Notes under the pieces: generated by a model
Told to the model about the DNA's origin: nothing
Database searches by the model: none
The model's input: only the letters and a program-made list of their open reading frames with translations
Made by a program: the position numbers and the translations under genes
Part shown: piece after piece, positions 1-13,452 of the stretch
How the letters are laid out: each line of letters opens with the position of its first letter
Numbering within the stretch: the stretch's first letter is position 1
NCBI GenBank assembly: GCA_032718475.1
Contig: JAUCBJ010007173.1
Coordinates: 124,001-188,000, forward strand
Reading direction: 5' to 3'
DNA from: Nemertoderma westbladi
Taxonomy: Eukaryota > Animalia > Xenacoelomorpha
Length of the DNA: 64,000 nucleotides

Positions 1-1069
1 TGTTTATAAATCGACTTTAGCCTATATCAATTATTTCATGTACTGAAGTTACATCAGCCGAAGCCAGTCTGTGCACGATCATTCACCCACAGTTAAGGGA
101 GACTGGATTCGGATGCCTTGAAAGTTATTGCGGTGTAGACCTACTGTATTATTCGATTGATCGTTACTATATAATCTCTGACAATATATTTACTTTCGGG
201 GAAATATTAACAGTTCCTTTAGGACGTGGCGCTTTAAGTATAAAAACAGAGTTATGACTTATACTAATCACAACTAGATGGCCATAGAGTTTCGTAAATA
301 GCGCATTCTTTAGGAGATGCTTTATTATCTGTTACACTTCTTCACACGACTTCACACTACTTCACACTACTGCACACTGATCTGCCGATCATCACTGAAT
401 TTTCTCATATATAAGGAGGATCGCAACTGACACATGTAGGGATTATGAAATAGCATTTAATTCACACAAAAACCACTATAATGTAAGTCGCAATTGCTAC
501 CGGTAACCGGTTCCTCTTACCTTCAGTAATCAAGAAGATTGGGGGTTTTATGATTATTTATCGGTATTCTCCAAATATATCAGCAATATATATCAATATA
601 ACAACAATTAATAACAGAAGTAAAATAATGCGGTGAACAGTCAGTATGTGTTACATAATGCATTGCGTTTGTAATGAAAGACTGTAAGTGTCGGCCAGAT
701 AATAGATTTACGTTCTTATAATCAAAGCCATCAGATGTTTAGGCCAAAGTCTGAAACTTCCACACAGACGCACAGACGAATTCCAAGCCGGTTCTGAGGC
801 TCAGAAAGGTAAACAAAGACCGTAATGCATTGAGCGGTTTTCCATAGGCCTCTGTCCAACATAAAGTGAAAATCGCTCTGATTGGCTGAATAGGCAGAAC
901 AAAGAGGTTGCACATCTACAGGAAATCAGCTAACAGATTTCGTCATCTGAGCTCCAATCTTTTAGAGTATTATGCGCATTGCGTCAAAAATGACTTGTTA
1001 TGTCCGCAAAAGCACCTACACTGCGCATTGCGGGAAAAATGACTTGTTATGTCCGCAAAAGCTTTTACA
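1..1069 (-). repeat. 3' LTR of BEL element 1 (LTR A, cut by the window edge)
   Basis: Homologous to 21925-23044. On the minus strand it starts TGTAAAAGC directly after a purine tract. Confidence 0.88.
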
Positions 1070-1077
1070 CCGCTCCC
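1070..1077 (-). other. Polypurine tract of BEL element 1
   Basis: GGGAGCGG abuts the LTR start. The identical sequence is at 24485-24492 in element 2. Confidence 0.8.
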
Positions 1078-1147
1078 AGAAAATGGGATTTAAGTCTATA
1101 AAATATAAAAAATCACAGTTTCTAAAATATAAAAATACTCTAAACGA

Positions 1148-4100
1148 TTAGTCCTTCTTACGTGAACGGCGTTTACGAAGTTTTTTGAGGCTAGCAAGAG
1201 TCTTTTTCTCTTTGGGGCGAGCCACTTTACTAGGAGGGCTGTAACTCCTGGGTGAGGGGTGCAATACAATTGCATCGGAAGGTTTAGGGTTACGGTCGGT
1301 GTATCCGCCGGTCGAGGTACCCGGTTGATTGATATCATCCTCAGTGGAACGAGGTCGAACAACCTTTAGAGCGCGTTTCAAGACAGCAGCTCTTACTGGT
1401 CCCTTACGGGTCGTTTGCATGAGAGCGGTAGCCGTGAGTAGTGAGAAATTTGATGGTTCTTTCCAACTCGCGTTCTCGGGCTCTATACTCATAAGGTCGT
1501 CTATGAACTTCCTGTAATTCTGGATGCGAGTTGATGAACAAGTCACCATATTCCGGATCTTGACGGATGAAGTTGATCAAGTTATAGGAATTAAGGTCAT
1601 TAGGATTAATGTTCCTGAGGTACTTGCGAACAAATTTGGTCGAAATATTCTCGCCAACACGCTTCATTAGCTCATAGCTAGGTGTGCGAGATTTTTGCTC
1701 AACGGAAGCAAAGAGATACGGGTGAAACGCATAAACTCCTTCATAGGCACGTCCAGGGTAGTATCGATGACGTGACTCACAATGGAGATCCGCGTTAGCT
1801 TCCCAGGCTCGGATGTAACGCAGGGCAACTATTTCGTCTACGCTTTCCAGATCTCGGTTGAAAGGGCAATCAAAACTTGTGTGTCCTTTAAACTGGCAAT
1901 GATGGCATTGAGTTATAAATTGAGGGCAGACTGCGAAGATGTGTAAGTTATTGAGTCTACAATACGCACAATAGATCTCCATTGTGGGTTGATCTTGAAA
2001 GTAGGAGCAGGGTATGCTGGAGTCCACAGGGCAGGGGTGAAATGGTCTCGTGATGCGCATAATCGGCAACGTTTTCTAGAAACATAATTGGCATGCCGAT
2101 AATCGTATGCGGTGAGACATTGTGGACCTTGAGACTATTCCAGGACATAGTCGTTGTCACTGCTCCTGGGCGCTGTGGGCTGAATCTCCTCGGATTCTAA
2201 GCATATTGGTTCATCTTCCAATTGCGTAGCTGAGGTAGGTGTAGTTGTCTCCTCAAGCGAACCCACTGTTTGAACTTCCACGATAGAATAACCTGTGGGG
2301 ATTCGGGGTCTTTGTATGACAGAGGAATGTAAGTTCTGTATACAAACATCCTTGAAAATGGCGAATCCAGCGCTGTCTAACTTCTCAGCAGCTGAGTCTC
2401 TTAGGCTGAGCTTAGTCAAAGCGCGGTCCTTGAACTGACTATCAACGTTACGGAACGGAGTCAGAAAGCGCCTAAAGCATTCGAAGCGGATGAATTTATT
2501 GTGTTCATCTAGCTTGGCGAGTTTGGTAACAAGTAACAAGGGATGGGATGTATTGGCATACATAGTGCGGAAGAAACCTTGGCCTTCTGCCCAGGGAGCA
2601 ATCAGCTGGGTGTCTACGAAAGGATATGGGATATTCTCCATGTTCCTGAAGTCATTCTGGAGATCTCCATAAACAGCTGAGCTGATTTTAAGGATTCTTT
2701 TGTTAAACAACATCTCGAGCACTGGCTGGGGTAACATCGATCCATCTATACCCATGGCCGGTTTGCGCTCGGTATCGGTGATGTAGCGCTGCGCGAGTTC
2801 GAATTGTCCATGTCGGAGTTTCTTTTGGATCTCGGTGAGAGTCTCAAAGGAATAATCGATCACGTCGGAACACGCTCGGGTAAACACATGGGTACAAACC
2901 AGCTAGTCCACGTATGTGTATCATCATCGTAGTTCCCAGCTCTCCAACCGGAACGCTACCTTCGTTATCGTAAGTGACAACTCCATACATTTCGATAACG
3001 TTAAGAGTTTCGTTCCACTCTTTGGTGGCATTTTCTATGGTCATACCCACCGGATGCCATAAAGTGGCGCATTCGCTAGCGTTAGGTAGATCGCTATACT
3101 TCAGATAATGTGTAGTATACGTCTCTACATCTCCATATCGCTGTATTCTCTCTTCCTCGAATAATACATCGAGATTCCAATGGACTAATCGAGTTTTAAT
3201 AAATCCATCGAGATTATATGGGGGAATTATATCCTTTTCTATTCTAGAAACATTATAAGGTTTTCTGAATGAGTTTACTTTCACTAACTGATCCAGATGT
3301 TACTGTAGTTGTTCGAGTTCGACAAGATCGAGGGGATTTATCAGTGGTAGAAACCTTAAACTGTGTGTAGGATCTTCCGGTTTCACCATATAATATTGAG
3401 TTAGATTAACATAATAAGGATGGTCTTTGATCCCATAAAATGAGTTCGGTAAAGGTCTAGCGCGTAGGTTGACCTCGTGTACCATACGACGGACAAGATC
3501 CGCTCGATTGTCCGGAGGTTCAACAAGTATACCGTCGACACGAGCGGCTTCGATTGGCGGACGTTGTAACATAGGAGCGTCAGCGATAAGATCTCGAGAT
3601 CTTAGGTTGATATCAACCGGTTGGGGTTGTACCGTGGCGAAGAGTTTGTCTCCGAAATGGGGAACCATCGAGGGATGAATGATGGTTTTGGAATAGAGAT
3701 CAGTCATAAGGATTTGAGCTTCTGGTTGGGCTAAAGCTGCTTCTTCTCTCTCATCCATTTCGATGTGCTTCTCCTCGAGCTGATTTTCCTCCGCTTGTCG
3801 TTGGAAGCGTTCATCTAAAAACTCTTGTAGAGAGTAAGTTTGTCCAAGTTCGATGTCCTCCTTGAGATTCTGGATTTCTCGATCGAACTGAGGTAAAGCT
3901 AATTCCTTTACTGCTTGGACTTGCTGCTGCAATTTACGTTTATCTAAACAATCGTAAGTTCCTTTTCCGATCTTTTGTCGGATAGCGTCTAGCGCGTTTC
4001 GTACGACGCTCTCCTCCACCTCGGTGACTGGTTGTATCGGAGTTAAACCAGGACGATTATACGGGTTGAACGGCGATATTAAATGTCCGCGTCCCAATCC

Positions 4101-4289
4101 AGCTAGGTAGGAGGTTCGAATATCTAGAGAGCCCACTACCGGAGTGCCACCGATTAATTGTTCGGGTAACACTAGATCTTTGAACAGTGAGTACAGTTCA
4201 GGAGGATCCGTTATACTATTAGGATCAAGAGTTTGAGGTCTCACCAGGGAATGAGGAGGTCTGACCGAGTATTCCGGAACTCTGATCAT
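1148..4289 (-). pseudogene. Accessory ORF of BEL element 1: DEDD-like exonuclease, Cys/His knuckles and basic tail, broken into five ORF pieces
   Basis: 3300-4289 and 2844-3284 share a frame, separated by one TAA. The stop at 2135 is TGG in element 2. Element 2 keeps the 1148-2069 region as one 297-aa ORF. Motifs VVTYDNEG, LPQPVLEMLFNKRILKISSAVYGD, FVDTQLIA, CAYCRLNNLHIFAVC, CHHCQFKGHTSFDC. Confidence 0.7.
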
Positions 4290-4297
4290 CGGTTTAT

Positions 4298-5095
4298 TTA
4301 AGGATCGTTTGAGTCAAGCGACCTTAGGTGATACATCGAACAAGTTTCGTTCGAAACTCCCGTAAGTATAGCGAGTAAAACTGTGTTTAGCGCAAGTCTC
4401 CGCGGATGTTTATGTCTTTCCGTTTGTTGGTTGGGTCTAGGGCATTCATCGCAATAATACCAAAGACGCACGTCTTGCAGGGGAAACGCGGGTGATCTTT
4501 CTCCAGTTTTACAATATTCCTCCATCTGTTCGAAGCTATCCGGTACAACAGGTAGCGGTCGATCGGCGGTAAGATACATCATAGTGAAATAGAGTCGTTT
4601 GAGTTCTATCATAGGGTCATGATGTATACCTTGAGGATACCGAGTTTCTAGGTTTTGTTGACTGGCTACATTGAGATATGTTTCTCTCAAGAATTCCAAA
4701 TAGTCGTTGAAGTCACTACGTTTATCCGGCTCTTCAACGTCTTCTCTTTCGTGTTCGATTCTCAGTTTATCGTTCCGACTCCTCTGGGTATGATATTTAA
4801 ATAGGATCATTTCCCTTTCGGTGTCTACATCATCCGTATCGTGTAAATCGATAGGATGGCCAGTAGTTAAGAAGTCCATATACGTACCATTACGATGCGT
4901 ATAGCGAGCAGTGAATTTTCTATATTCCAATTCACGCGTGAGCTGTTCCTTGGACATTGGCAGTTCGATATAATGGCCATCGTCCTCCATAGTGGGTTGA
5001 CTAGCGTCGCCGCTTTTTAAACTATCAACAAACGCTTGCAATGGTAGGGTATATCGCTCCCTGATACCAAGATCATCTTCTATCAACTCAGTCAT
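4298..5095 (-). CDS. First accessory ORF of BEL element 1, acidic 265-aa protein of unknown function
   Basis: ATG-initiated ORF whose N-terminal ~115 aa are conserved in element 2 (25613-26011). Only 8 nt from the next ORF, so it may be the frameshifted start of one long protein. Confidence 0.65.
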   Translation of the reverse strand: MTELIEDDLGIRERYTLPLQAFVDSLKSGDASQPTMEDDGHYIELPMSKEQLTRELEYRKFTARYTHRNGTYMDFLTTGHPIDLHDTDDVDTEREMILFKYHTQRSRNDKLRIEHEREDVEEPDKRSDFNDYLEFLRETYLNVASQQNLETRYPQGIHHDPMIELKRLYFTMMYLTADRPLPVVPDSFEQMEEYCKTGERSPAFPLQDVRLWYYCDECPRPNQQTERHKHPRRLALNTVLLAILTGVSNETCSMYHLRSLDSNDP

Positions 5096-6829
5096 AGCTG
5101 CTATATGAGTTTATCGATATTATAATTAATTATATTTAGGCTAGCGGTCGTCGCTGCCTCCCCCTCAATGCCCCCGGACAGTGCAAGATCCTCAGTGTTG
5201 ATGTACTGTCGTCGCTGTGCCTCTCGCCAACGTAGTAGCTACACAACGACAACAATAACCAGCGCGAGTCACTCCACTGTCCGTCCCAAGGGCTTAGAAT
5301 TACTTCAGGTTCTTGCTACAGAGGTAGGGCAACTTTCACAACTGCAACTCGCTACTGTAAACACACTTTAGTAGTAACATTCACCTATAAATGCACAAAT
5401 TCCACACAACTGTCACAAATTGTACACATTCGGGCCATTTGTCCGTTAGTCAAGTGCCTTCCAGAATACCACGTTATTATTATGTATCCCTGGATACTAG
5501 CAGTGTGCTATTTATTCCGTATGCTATTCAATGGGGCAAGCTTTCTATTGTTCTTTTAACTCGCTTCTAATTCTAGCATGGTTGTTGCTATGGTGACATT
5601 ATGGAAAGCTAGCAGTAGAATTAGGGTAATTCTCATGCATACAGATCTGGGATGCCATTTAATAGTAATTCTTTAATTGTCAATATTCTTCCCCTTTATA
5701 CATGATTTTATGAATTTTATCGGCTATTGACTATACATTGGAGATTCTCTCACACTAATATACTTAATAGGGTGAATCTCCGCTCCCATGATCTATTAAT
5801 TAATGGAATTTTGGGAATGTTATAAATTGTATAAAATGACAATTTATCAAATTCATGAGAGGATATCAATTTAAAATTATTCCCGTAAATTTTATTATTT
5901 GACACTAAAATAGACACAATTTTATTCCAGAGCATTAATTCTAGGAAATTTGTCTTTTTAAGAGTATCGGTAAGTGCTACGATATCTTAATCGACTAGAA
6001 TTTTAAAGGATCTGAATTTTAACAGATTTTGGATTTATAGATTTTCTTGGTTTACAAACTCCTTAGAGTTTATTTGTATGCATTGACTCTATTATAACAT
6101 TTGTTTTAATAGATTTTATAAATATTTATTAAATATTTAATATTTGAGATGGGCACCGATTTATTCCAGAACATGTCTGGGGACGTTAACCACTGATTCT
6201 AGAATTTTGTCTTTCAAGTATATCGGTGGGTGCCGCGATATCTTAATCGACTAGAATTGCAGATGGTCAAAGGGTTTAACAGATTTATTTTGCGTTTTAC
6301 GCTACTGTTAAAGGGACATCATTCTACTATATGTATTATTTAATATACGGTATGAGAGCAATATTGCAAGAAGCAATGTCAGTGAGAAGAGGCAAGTCGT
6401 TTCCAAGGTCTCCCTCTCTACCCTATGCCAGGTCTTGGTTTAGCCGAGACACGAGGATCTGAACTTTGCATTCCTAATACTCTACTTACCAATAATACTT
6501 GAGTATAGTAGGGGCGGTATTTTGTACTTTAATAAGTACGGACATTTCATCTTACTGTAGTCACGTATCTATAATATTATACAGACAGTAAGAAAAGAGA
6601 AAATGAATTGTTTCTCGCCGTTAAACTAAATATATAATGTTAAGTAATTAAGTAATAAACACGAATATATATATTGCACTAATCTACTAAATAATCGCTA
6701 AATAATATTCTACTAAATAAAATTAAAGAAAACTATTATAATAAAATTACATAATAATACATACATAAATATAAAAATAATGAAAAACAGATATAAAATA
6801 ATGTAGTCACACACCCACTCCAGACGCTG

Positions 6830-8684
6830 TTACGTTGGGGAGTCCCTAGATGTTTGTTGGATTAGGGAGGTGGTCGTGGGAAGAGTATCTTGCCTTCCAT
6901 AGTTTCCGGATAGTTCTCTGTCTCTTTCCAGTAAACATAAACGACCAACTGGGCGATTGAGTTGTTGTGTTTTGAATACAATTCCAGGTTTCTTAAAGTT
7001 ACGTCGCATGACGACGAGTTCTACTGATCGCACTAAACCATCATCGGATATTTGAGTCTCGATGATACGACCTGTCTGCCACCGCTTTCGTGGAAGATCT
7101 GATTCCACAATAAGGACCATGTCTCCGGCGCTGACGTTTTCTTGCTGCGCAAACCATTTGGTTCGAAGTTGTAGCGTAGGCAAATAATGTTTTTCGAAAT
7201 GGTCAGCGAAACGACGGGATAATAACTGCATGAGTTGCCAAGTTTGTCGTCAGTATTCGTCTCCGTCCGTGATTTCCGATTGTGGGAGCATGGCTACAGG
7301 TTTCTTCAGTAGGAAATGCGCGGGTGTTAGCGCTTCTAGGGAGTCGGGACTCGATGAGACTGGCATAAGCGGTCTCTCGTTAAGATAGGCGGCGATTTGT
7401 TCCATTAACGTCCGCAAAAGTTCGTTTTTGAGATACGCACGGCACAGCACTATAAAGTAAAATGCGGTCTTCACGCTCCTTATTAATCTCTCCCAACTTC
7501 CTCCCCACCAAGGGGCGTCGGCGGCGTTGAAGGTCCAGCTAGATGCTGTTACCCTTAGCTGATCGTCCACCTGTCTTTGGTTCCAATCTTTAACGTAAGC
7601 TTTGATCTCGTTATTGGCGCCAATGAAGTTCATTCCCTTATCAGATCTCATCGTGTTGCTAGTTCCAAAGCGAGCGATCTGTCAGCATAAACTCAGTATG
7701 AAGCTATTGGTAGATAGATCGTTCACCATATCTAGATGGATCTCTCTACAAGTCATACAGACAAAAATGACACACCATCGCTTGACTATAGTCCTAGCAC
7801 GATATACTTCAATTGGGCCAAATAAATCCACACCAGTATTAGTAAAGGGTGGTTCATAAAAGCTTACTCATTCCCTAGGTAATTCTGCCTCTCGCTGTGT
7901 TAAAGGCCTACTGAATGCTTTCCTACAGGGTATAAAGTTCCTAAGAACTTGGTTCAGAGCTCTACGGGGCTTATGGAAATAATAGCGAGTTCGAATTTCG
8001 CTAAGAACTCATTCTCTACCAGCATGGTAAAGCCTACTGTGAATATCTACAATCATCTTGATTTGTATTTCAAGATTTCTAATGAGTATGAGAAACTTAG
8101 TGTCAAAGGATAATGGAGCATTAGTTAGTCTCCCTCCAACACGTATTAACCCATCTATCATTGTGCTAGAGAAACGATCCCTTAAGCGCATCTGTGGATT
8201 TCTCAACAACAGGAAATACTTATCGGAATCTTCATAGCATTGCAAGAGTCTCAGTATCTGCTTATTGGTTGCTTCATGCTCTTGGTAACTGATCATCTCC
8301 GTCAGAAACCTATCCGACACTTTGTATGTGGGAAGATCTTTAATAGCATGGACCTGCTCGGATGTCAGTGGAGCGGTATCACTAGCGATCTTCGTCCTGG
8401 AATAGTGATGATGGAAGCATCGCTTCAGATACACGACGGCCTTACAAAGCCGATTCTAGGAGCTATAGTGATTTATTGCTCTCTGCAGGAGAGGTGAGAG
8501 TCCTTGCGAGACATCTGGTGTTCCAGATTTCCAGTCTCTTTCTCTGATGTCTATAACAGATCTGTTCGTGGTGGGGGAGTTTAGATCCGCAGCGTCGTCC
8601 CTGGAAATGTGTAGTACAGACAGATCTATCATGGGTTTAAATAACTTTGATTTACTCGTCCGGGTTTTAGGTTTGACTTTCTCC
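6830..8684 (-). pseudogene. pol: BEL element 1 pol C-terminal part (integrase), with stops and frameshifts
   Basis: GLIRVGGRL, H-x4-H zinc finger start, SDKGMNFIGA, PWWGGSWERLIRSVK, LNERPL, LTPAHFL, WQTGRI, RPVGRLCLL. Confidence 0.9.
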
Positions 8685-8689
8685 GCTCC

Positions 8690-8938
8690 TGTAGGCGTAT
8701 CTACTATTGCTGCGAGGCAGCAGACGAATAAAACCTTTGTCTATAGCAGATACTGTCAGATAGATATGTATAATAGGGTCCTCCGGGGACCGGTCACGGC
8801 ATGTAACAAGTGGCCTAGATAAAAGAATATGTACTGCAGTGCTCTGACTAACACCGACATACTGACTGTCCAACCCCGGTAGGTCTCTCCCCCCTCGTCC
8901 CAGGGTGTCCGTGGGGCGAGCCATATATTATCACCACA
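8690..8938 (-). repeat. 3' LTR of nested Mag-like element
   Basis: Appears identical to 13465-13713. Confidence 0.95.
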
Positions 8939-8997
8939 CCCCCTTACGAGCTCGGATTAGCCGTCTAAGGCTGTGCCGAGCTATCAACCGTTCTGTC

Positions 8998-11600
8998 CTA
9001 CAGTCTGTCGGGTTGCTGACGCGTCCGTTTTGGATACCTCGAAACTGAAAGTTTATCGAAGGTCTGAGTTTCCACTAGGGGTTCACGCCAACGCAGTTTC
9101 TTGGTGGGTGTGGGTCCCGTTGGGGCCGCATCCGGTGGCGGAGGGCCCATTGGTGTCGCCTGGTGGGCGGTGTCCGGGATTAGTAAGCGTCGGTTCCGGA
9201 CAAGGGTGCGTCCGGACGGCATCCGGACTGTATACTTCCGGTGGGAACCAGTCTCTACGACGGTTCCAGCGCGATCCCATCGCTTGGTGGTCGGGTGTTG
9301 AACCCTTACCCGGGCGCCTACCGTGAGAGGTTCCAAATCTTTGGCGCCGCGGTTGTACTGGGTGGTCCGGGCCGATTTGATGGCTGGCGCCACCCGGTCT
9401 AGCTCCGTCCGGGTCTCTTGTATAGTCCGGGCGAAGGCGGTGTGGTGAGCTGGGACACGCGTCCGCATTGGGTGTCCGAAGACAATGTCCGCTGGGGAAG
9501 AGCCGCTCTCCCTGGGGCTGTTGCGGAGTTCCAGGAGCCCCTCCAGGAACACTTCGGACGTAGTAGAGCCCCCGGTCTTTACCAGAAGGCTCTTCAGGGC
9601 CTTTACCGCCGACTCGGCGTGCCCGTTACTCTGGGGGTATTCCGGTGACGACGTGACCGGTGTGACCCCCCATTCCTTCAGGAATTTCGTCGTCGCTGCC
9701 GCGGTGAATGGGGTCCCGCCATCCGAGCGAAAGCGGGTCGGCACCCCGTACCGGATGAACCAGTCTCGCAGGGCGGTGATTGTCCGGTCGGCAGTAGGTG
9801 GGGCGGAAAACGAGTACACTTCCGGCCATCCGGAATATCGATCGGCGGCGGCCAGGAAGTGCTTCGCCCCAAGGGAGAAGAAGTCCCCCGAAATGTCCTC
9901 GAAGGGTCGAGTGGGTGGAGGTTCCGACTGGAACGACTCCTTTGTCTGGCTCGATCGGCCGGTCAGACATTCGCTGCAAGCGCCCACGGTCGTCCGGATA
10001 TCGTTAGTTATGCCCGGCCAGTAGACACACTGCCGGGCACGTCGGAGCGTCTTCTCCACCCCCTGGTGCGAGGCGTGGAGGCGCGTAAGGGTAGATTTCC
10101 GCGACGCTGTGGGGACCACAATGCGATGGCCCAGCAGGGCCAGGTCCCCGTCCGTGGTTAACTGGTCCCGGACAGACCAGAAGATGTTCACCGCTGGGTT
10201 CGTCCGGGTGGATTCCGGAAACCCAGCCTCGATAGCCGCGAGTAGGGCTTTGTAGTCCGGATCGTCCCGAGCCAGTCGGGCGAGTTCATCGAGGACTGGA
10301 TCCGCGAGGTGGGCGGAATCGGAGCCGGTTATGTCGGCGGCGGTCTGGCGGGTGACGGCCCGGATGTACGTCGCCATTTCGCCGTCGTCCACGATGTCAT
10401 CCGGTGTCGGGTCATTGACGGGGGCGCGGGACAACGCGTCGGCTATGGCGTGGTCCTTCCCCTTTGTCCACGTGGTGGTAAACTGGTAGGGAGCCAGTTT
10501 CGTTTTGAGCCGCTGGAGGCGCGTGTTGTCGGTCGCGTCCACCGTGTACTTGTCGATGATCGTCACCAACGGCTGGTGGTCAACGATTAGGTTGAAGTGT
10601 GGGAGGCCGAGAAGGTACATACGGCACTTCTGCACTGCCCATACGACGGCGAGCAGCTCGAGTTCTACCATGGCATACCGGGACTCGGTCTCGGTGGTGA
10701 ACCTCGAGCCGCACTCGACCAGCTTCCAGTCCTCCCCGTGAAGTTGGAGGAGGGCGTAGCCGAGGCCCTTCAGCCGGGACGCGTCTGTCACTAGGCGGGT
10801 CTCCCGGGTCGTGTCGAACGGGACGAGGGCCGGCGGTGACGTCAGAGCCAGCTTGGTGGCCTCGAAGGCCCGTTCGTGGTCCACCGTCCAGATGAAGGTC
10901 GCCTTCGTGCTTAGGAGGGGACGTAGCGGGGACATCGCGGCAGCGATGTCTGCTGAGAACGGAGCGAGTTGCTCCACCAGTCCGAGGAAGCTCCGGAGAT
11001 CGGTGATGTTCCCAGGGCGGGGGAAGCCGGCGATCGCCTTCAGTTTCTCAGGGTCGGCTTTTATCCCAGAGGCGCCGACGAGGTACCCAGCGAACCGAAC
11101 CTCGGTCTGGGCAAACTGAACCTTCCCCGGGTGTAACGTGATCCCGTAGGTCCGGCACCGCTCCATAAACCTCGCGATGTTCTCCATGTGTTCCTCCATT
11201 GTATCGTTGTAGAGGAGTACATCGTCTACAACCTTGATGAGGTTAGGAAGTCCCTGGATGGCGTCGTCGCCTCGACGGTTAAACTCGTCGCCGGACGAGA
11301 TCAGCCCCATCACACTACGAGTGTGACAGTACCGGCCCCAGGGAGTCGCGAAGGTGGTGAGGAGTTGGGATTCCTCGTCGAGGGGAACCTGCCAGTAGCC
11401 ACTGGCTGCGTCGAACACGGAGAAAATCTTTGCAGTCGTGGAGACTCCGGCGACGCGGTCCGTGGATTCGGCGTCGGGTAATAGGGGCGTCGGACCTGCG
11501 AGTTTAGGTGGCGGAGGTCCACGCAGAGTCGCAGTCCTCCGTTGGGTTTAGGCGCCACCGTCATCGGATGGGCCCATTCCGTAGGTTCCTCGACCCGGGT
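8998..11600 (-). CDS. pol: Gypsy pol (RT, RNase H, integrase), frameshifted near 11440 and 11600
   Basis: LRLCVDLRHLN, FDAASGYWQ, VVDDVLL, VTDAS, ELELLAV, VDHQPL, H-x3-H..C-x2-C zinc finger, SDGGTPF, SNGHAE. Confidence 0.92.
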
Positions 11601-13435
11601 GATGACTCTAGCTTGTCGAGGAGTTCTTTCACCTTGTCCCGCATCGCGAACGGGACAGGTCGCGCGCCGTTGACGTGGAACGGCTTGGCCCCGTCCTTCA
11701 GCTGGATACGCATGGGCGGGCCATGCATCGTTGGAAGAGGCGCGGAGTCGTTGTCAAACACGTCGCTGAACTCGCGGAGGAGATTGTCCCGGGAGCGGAT
11801 CGCCGGGGACGGAGCAACAGAAGCGACGGTTCCGCGGCTGTGTAGGGGCGCCGGGAAGGTGCGCGGGAGGATGTCCAGGTCCTGGATGGTCTTCTTCGAG
11901 AGGATCAGTCCGTCGGACTCGGGAGAGATGACCAGCTCGGTGGTCGCCGTCGTCCCGCAGTAGTTGATCTCCACTGGGTACCGCCCCACGGCCGCCATGG
12001 GGAGTCGGTTGGCCGCCTCGAACTTGTCGTCATCTCGAAGCGGGAGGAGGTCGTCGAGTCGCCCTCCGAACCGGAGAAACAGTCCCTGGTTGAAGATGTT
12101 AGCGGCCGCACCGCTGTCCGGGAGGGAGTGACGAACCGTCCCCTTGAGGTTCCCGATCCCGGAGTCCGTCAGGCCCACCGCGATATAAGAGAGTTTGCAG
12201 GCTGTTTCCTGATGGTTGGCAACGCTGCTAATACTCTGGCAGTGGTACACTGTGGACACCCTCTTCTTGGTGGCGGATCGGGACCGGCACATCCGCTTGA
12301 TATGCCCCGTCCTGCCACAGCCGTGGCACTTGACCCCCTTGGCGGGGCATTCCGAGCCCGCCTCATGGGGTTCCCGGCCGCAGTTGCCGCAACTGCGGCC
12401 GCTAGGGTTCCGCCACGCGGGGTCGGGTGATGAGTTCCGGGTGCCCATCGGGGAGCGGGAGATAGCGGGGTTGCGGGAGGTCGAGCGTTCGCGTTTGTAC
12501 GCGGAGAGTTTGTTTACTGGTTTCCCGCTCGCGAGGATCGAGTCGTTCCGTTCGCTGGCTTCCACGCTCTGCGCGATCCTCACGCAGTCCTCGAGGGTCG
12601 GTTGAGGAAGAACCTTGAGGAGTTCCGTCCGGGTCTCTGAACATCGGAGACCCACTAGGATCTGGGTAACGATCTGCCGGTCGCGGCAGTTCCCGCAGAG
12701 CTCCGCAGTGTCTGCGAGATCCTCCAGGGCCACCCGGAAGGAATCGAATCCCTCGGTCGCGCCTTGCCGGCGCTCGTGGAACTTGATCGCGTCGATCGCG
12801 ATACTCCTCTTGGCACGGAGGTGGCCCTGGAGTGCATCGAGGACCGTCTCCGTGGTTGTATCGTCCGCGTCGATGTCCACATGTAGGGTGACGCGGATGG
12901 TCTCCTGTAGGCCGCTACCGAGGGCAGCAACGAGAGCGTAAACCTGCTCGGCTCACGGGAACGTAGCGACCTGTTGTCGGTGGGCGTGGACCCGCCACGC
13001 CTGTCTCCACCGGCGGAACATGGAGAACTCGACGTCCACATCGATCTTCTCCATCGTCGAGATGTCGATTACCCGGCGTCGGGGAACCGGGTTCGTGACG
13101 GCCCCCGCGTACGTGGGTTGGGTCGTCGGTAGTTCCGGTGTGGCGGCCGCCGCCATGCCGGGTTGTAAAGCCGCGAGGAGTTTAGCGATGCTTTCGTCCG
13201 CGGCCGCCTGTTGTTGAAGTAGGCGGTCATCCGCAGCCTCCTGGCGACGGTTGGCGTCCTCCTGCTGTTGCGCCAGCAGCTGAGCCATAGCAGTCTGCTG
13301 TTGGGCGAGGATTCGCGCGAGGTCGTCCATTCGGATAGGGGCACGACTGCCGCCTCGGGCTTCTAGAGTTTCGTCGCCGTCGCTGCTGTCCGCCGTGGGC
13401 AGGGACGTGATCTTCCCTTTGGATTTAGGCGGCAT
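11561..13435 (-). CDS. gag: Gypsy gag-protease, frameshifted near 12960
   Basis: Two knuckles (CGNCGREPH..C, CHGCGRTGHIKRMC) and protease PDSGA. The ATG lies just after the PBS. Confidence 0.88.
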
Positions 13436-13452
13436 GGGCCCAAATTATCCTA

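Noticed and set aside
1-10. TGT at position 1 as the LTR terminus
   Set aside because: Alignment with LTR B shows about 55 bp more LTR lies left of the window.
1148-5095. env gene in the post-pol position
   Set aside because: No signal peptide, TM anchor or glycoprotein-like pattern. The motifs point to a nucleic-acid-binding protein.
8667-8924. 85-aa ORF repeated at 13445-13699
   Set aside because: It is a translation of the LTR itself.
9083-13344. Many short overlapping and antisense ORFs
   Set aside because: Expected shadows of a GC-rich gag-pol, with no motifs.
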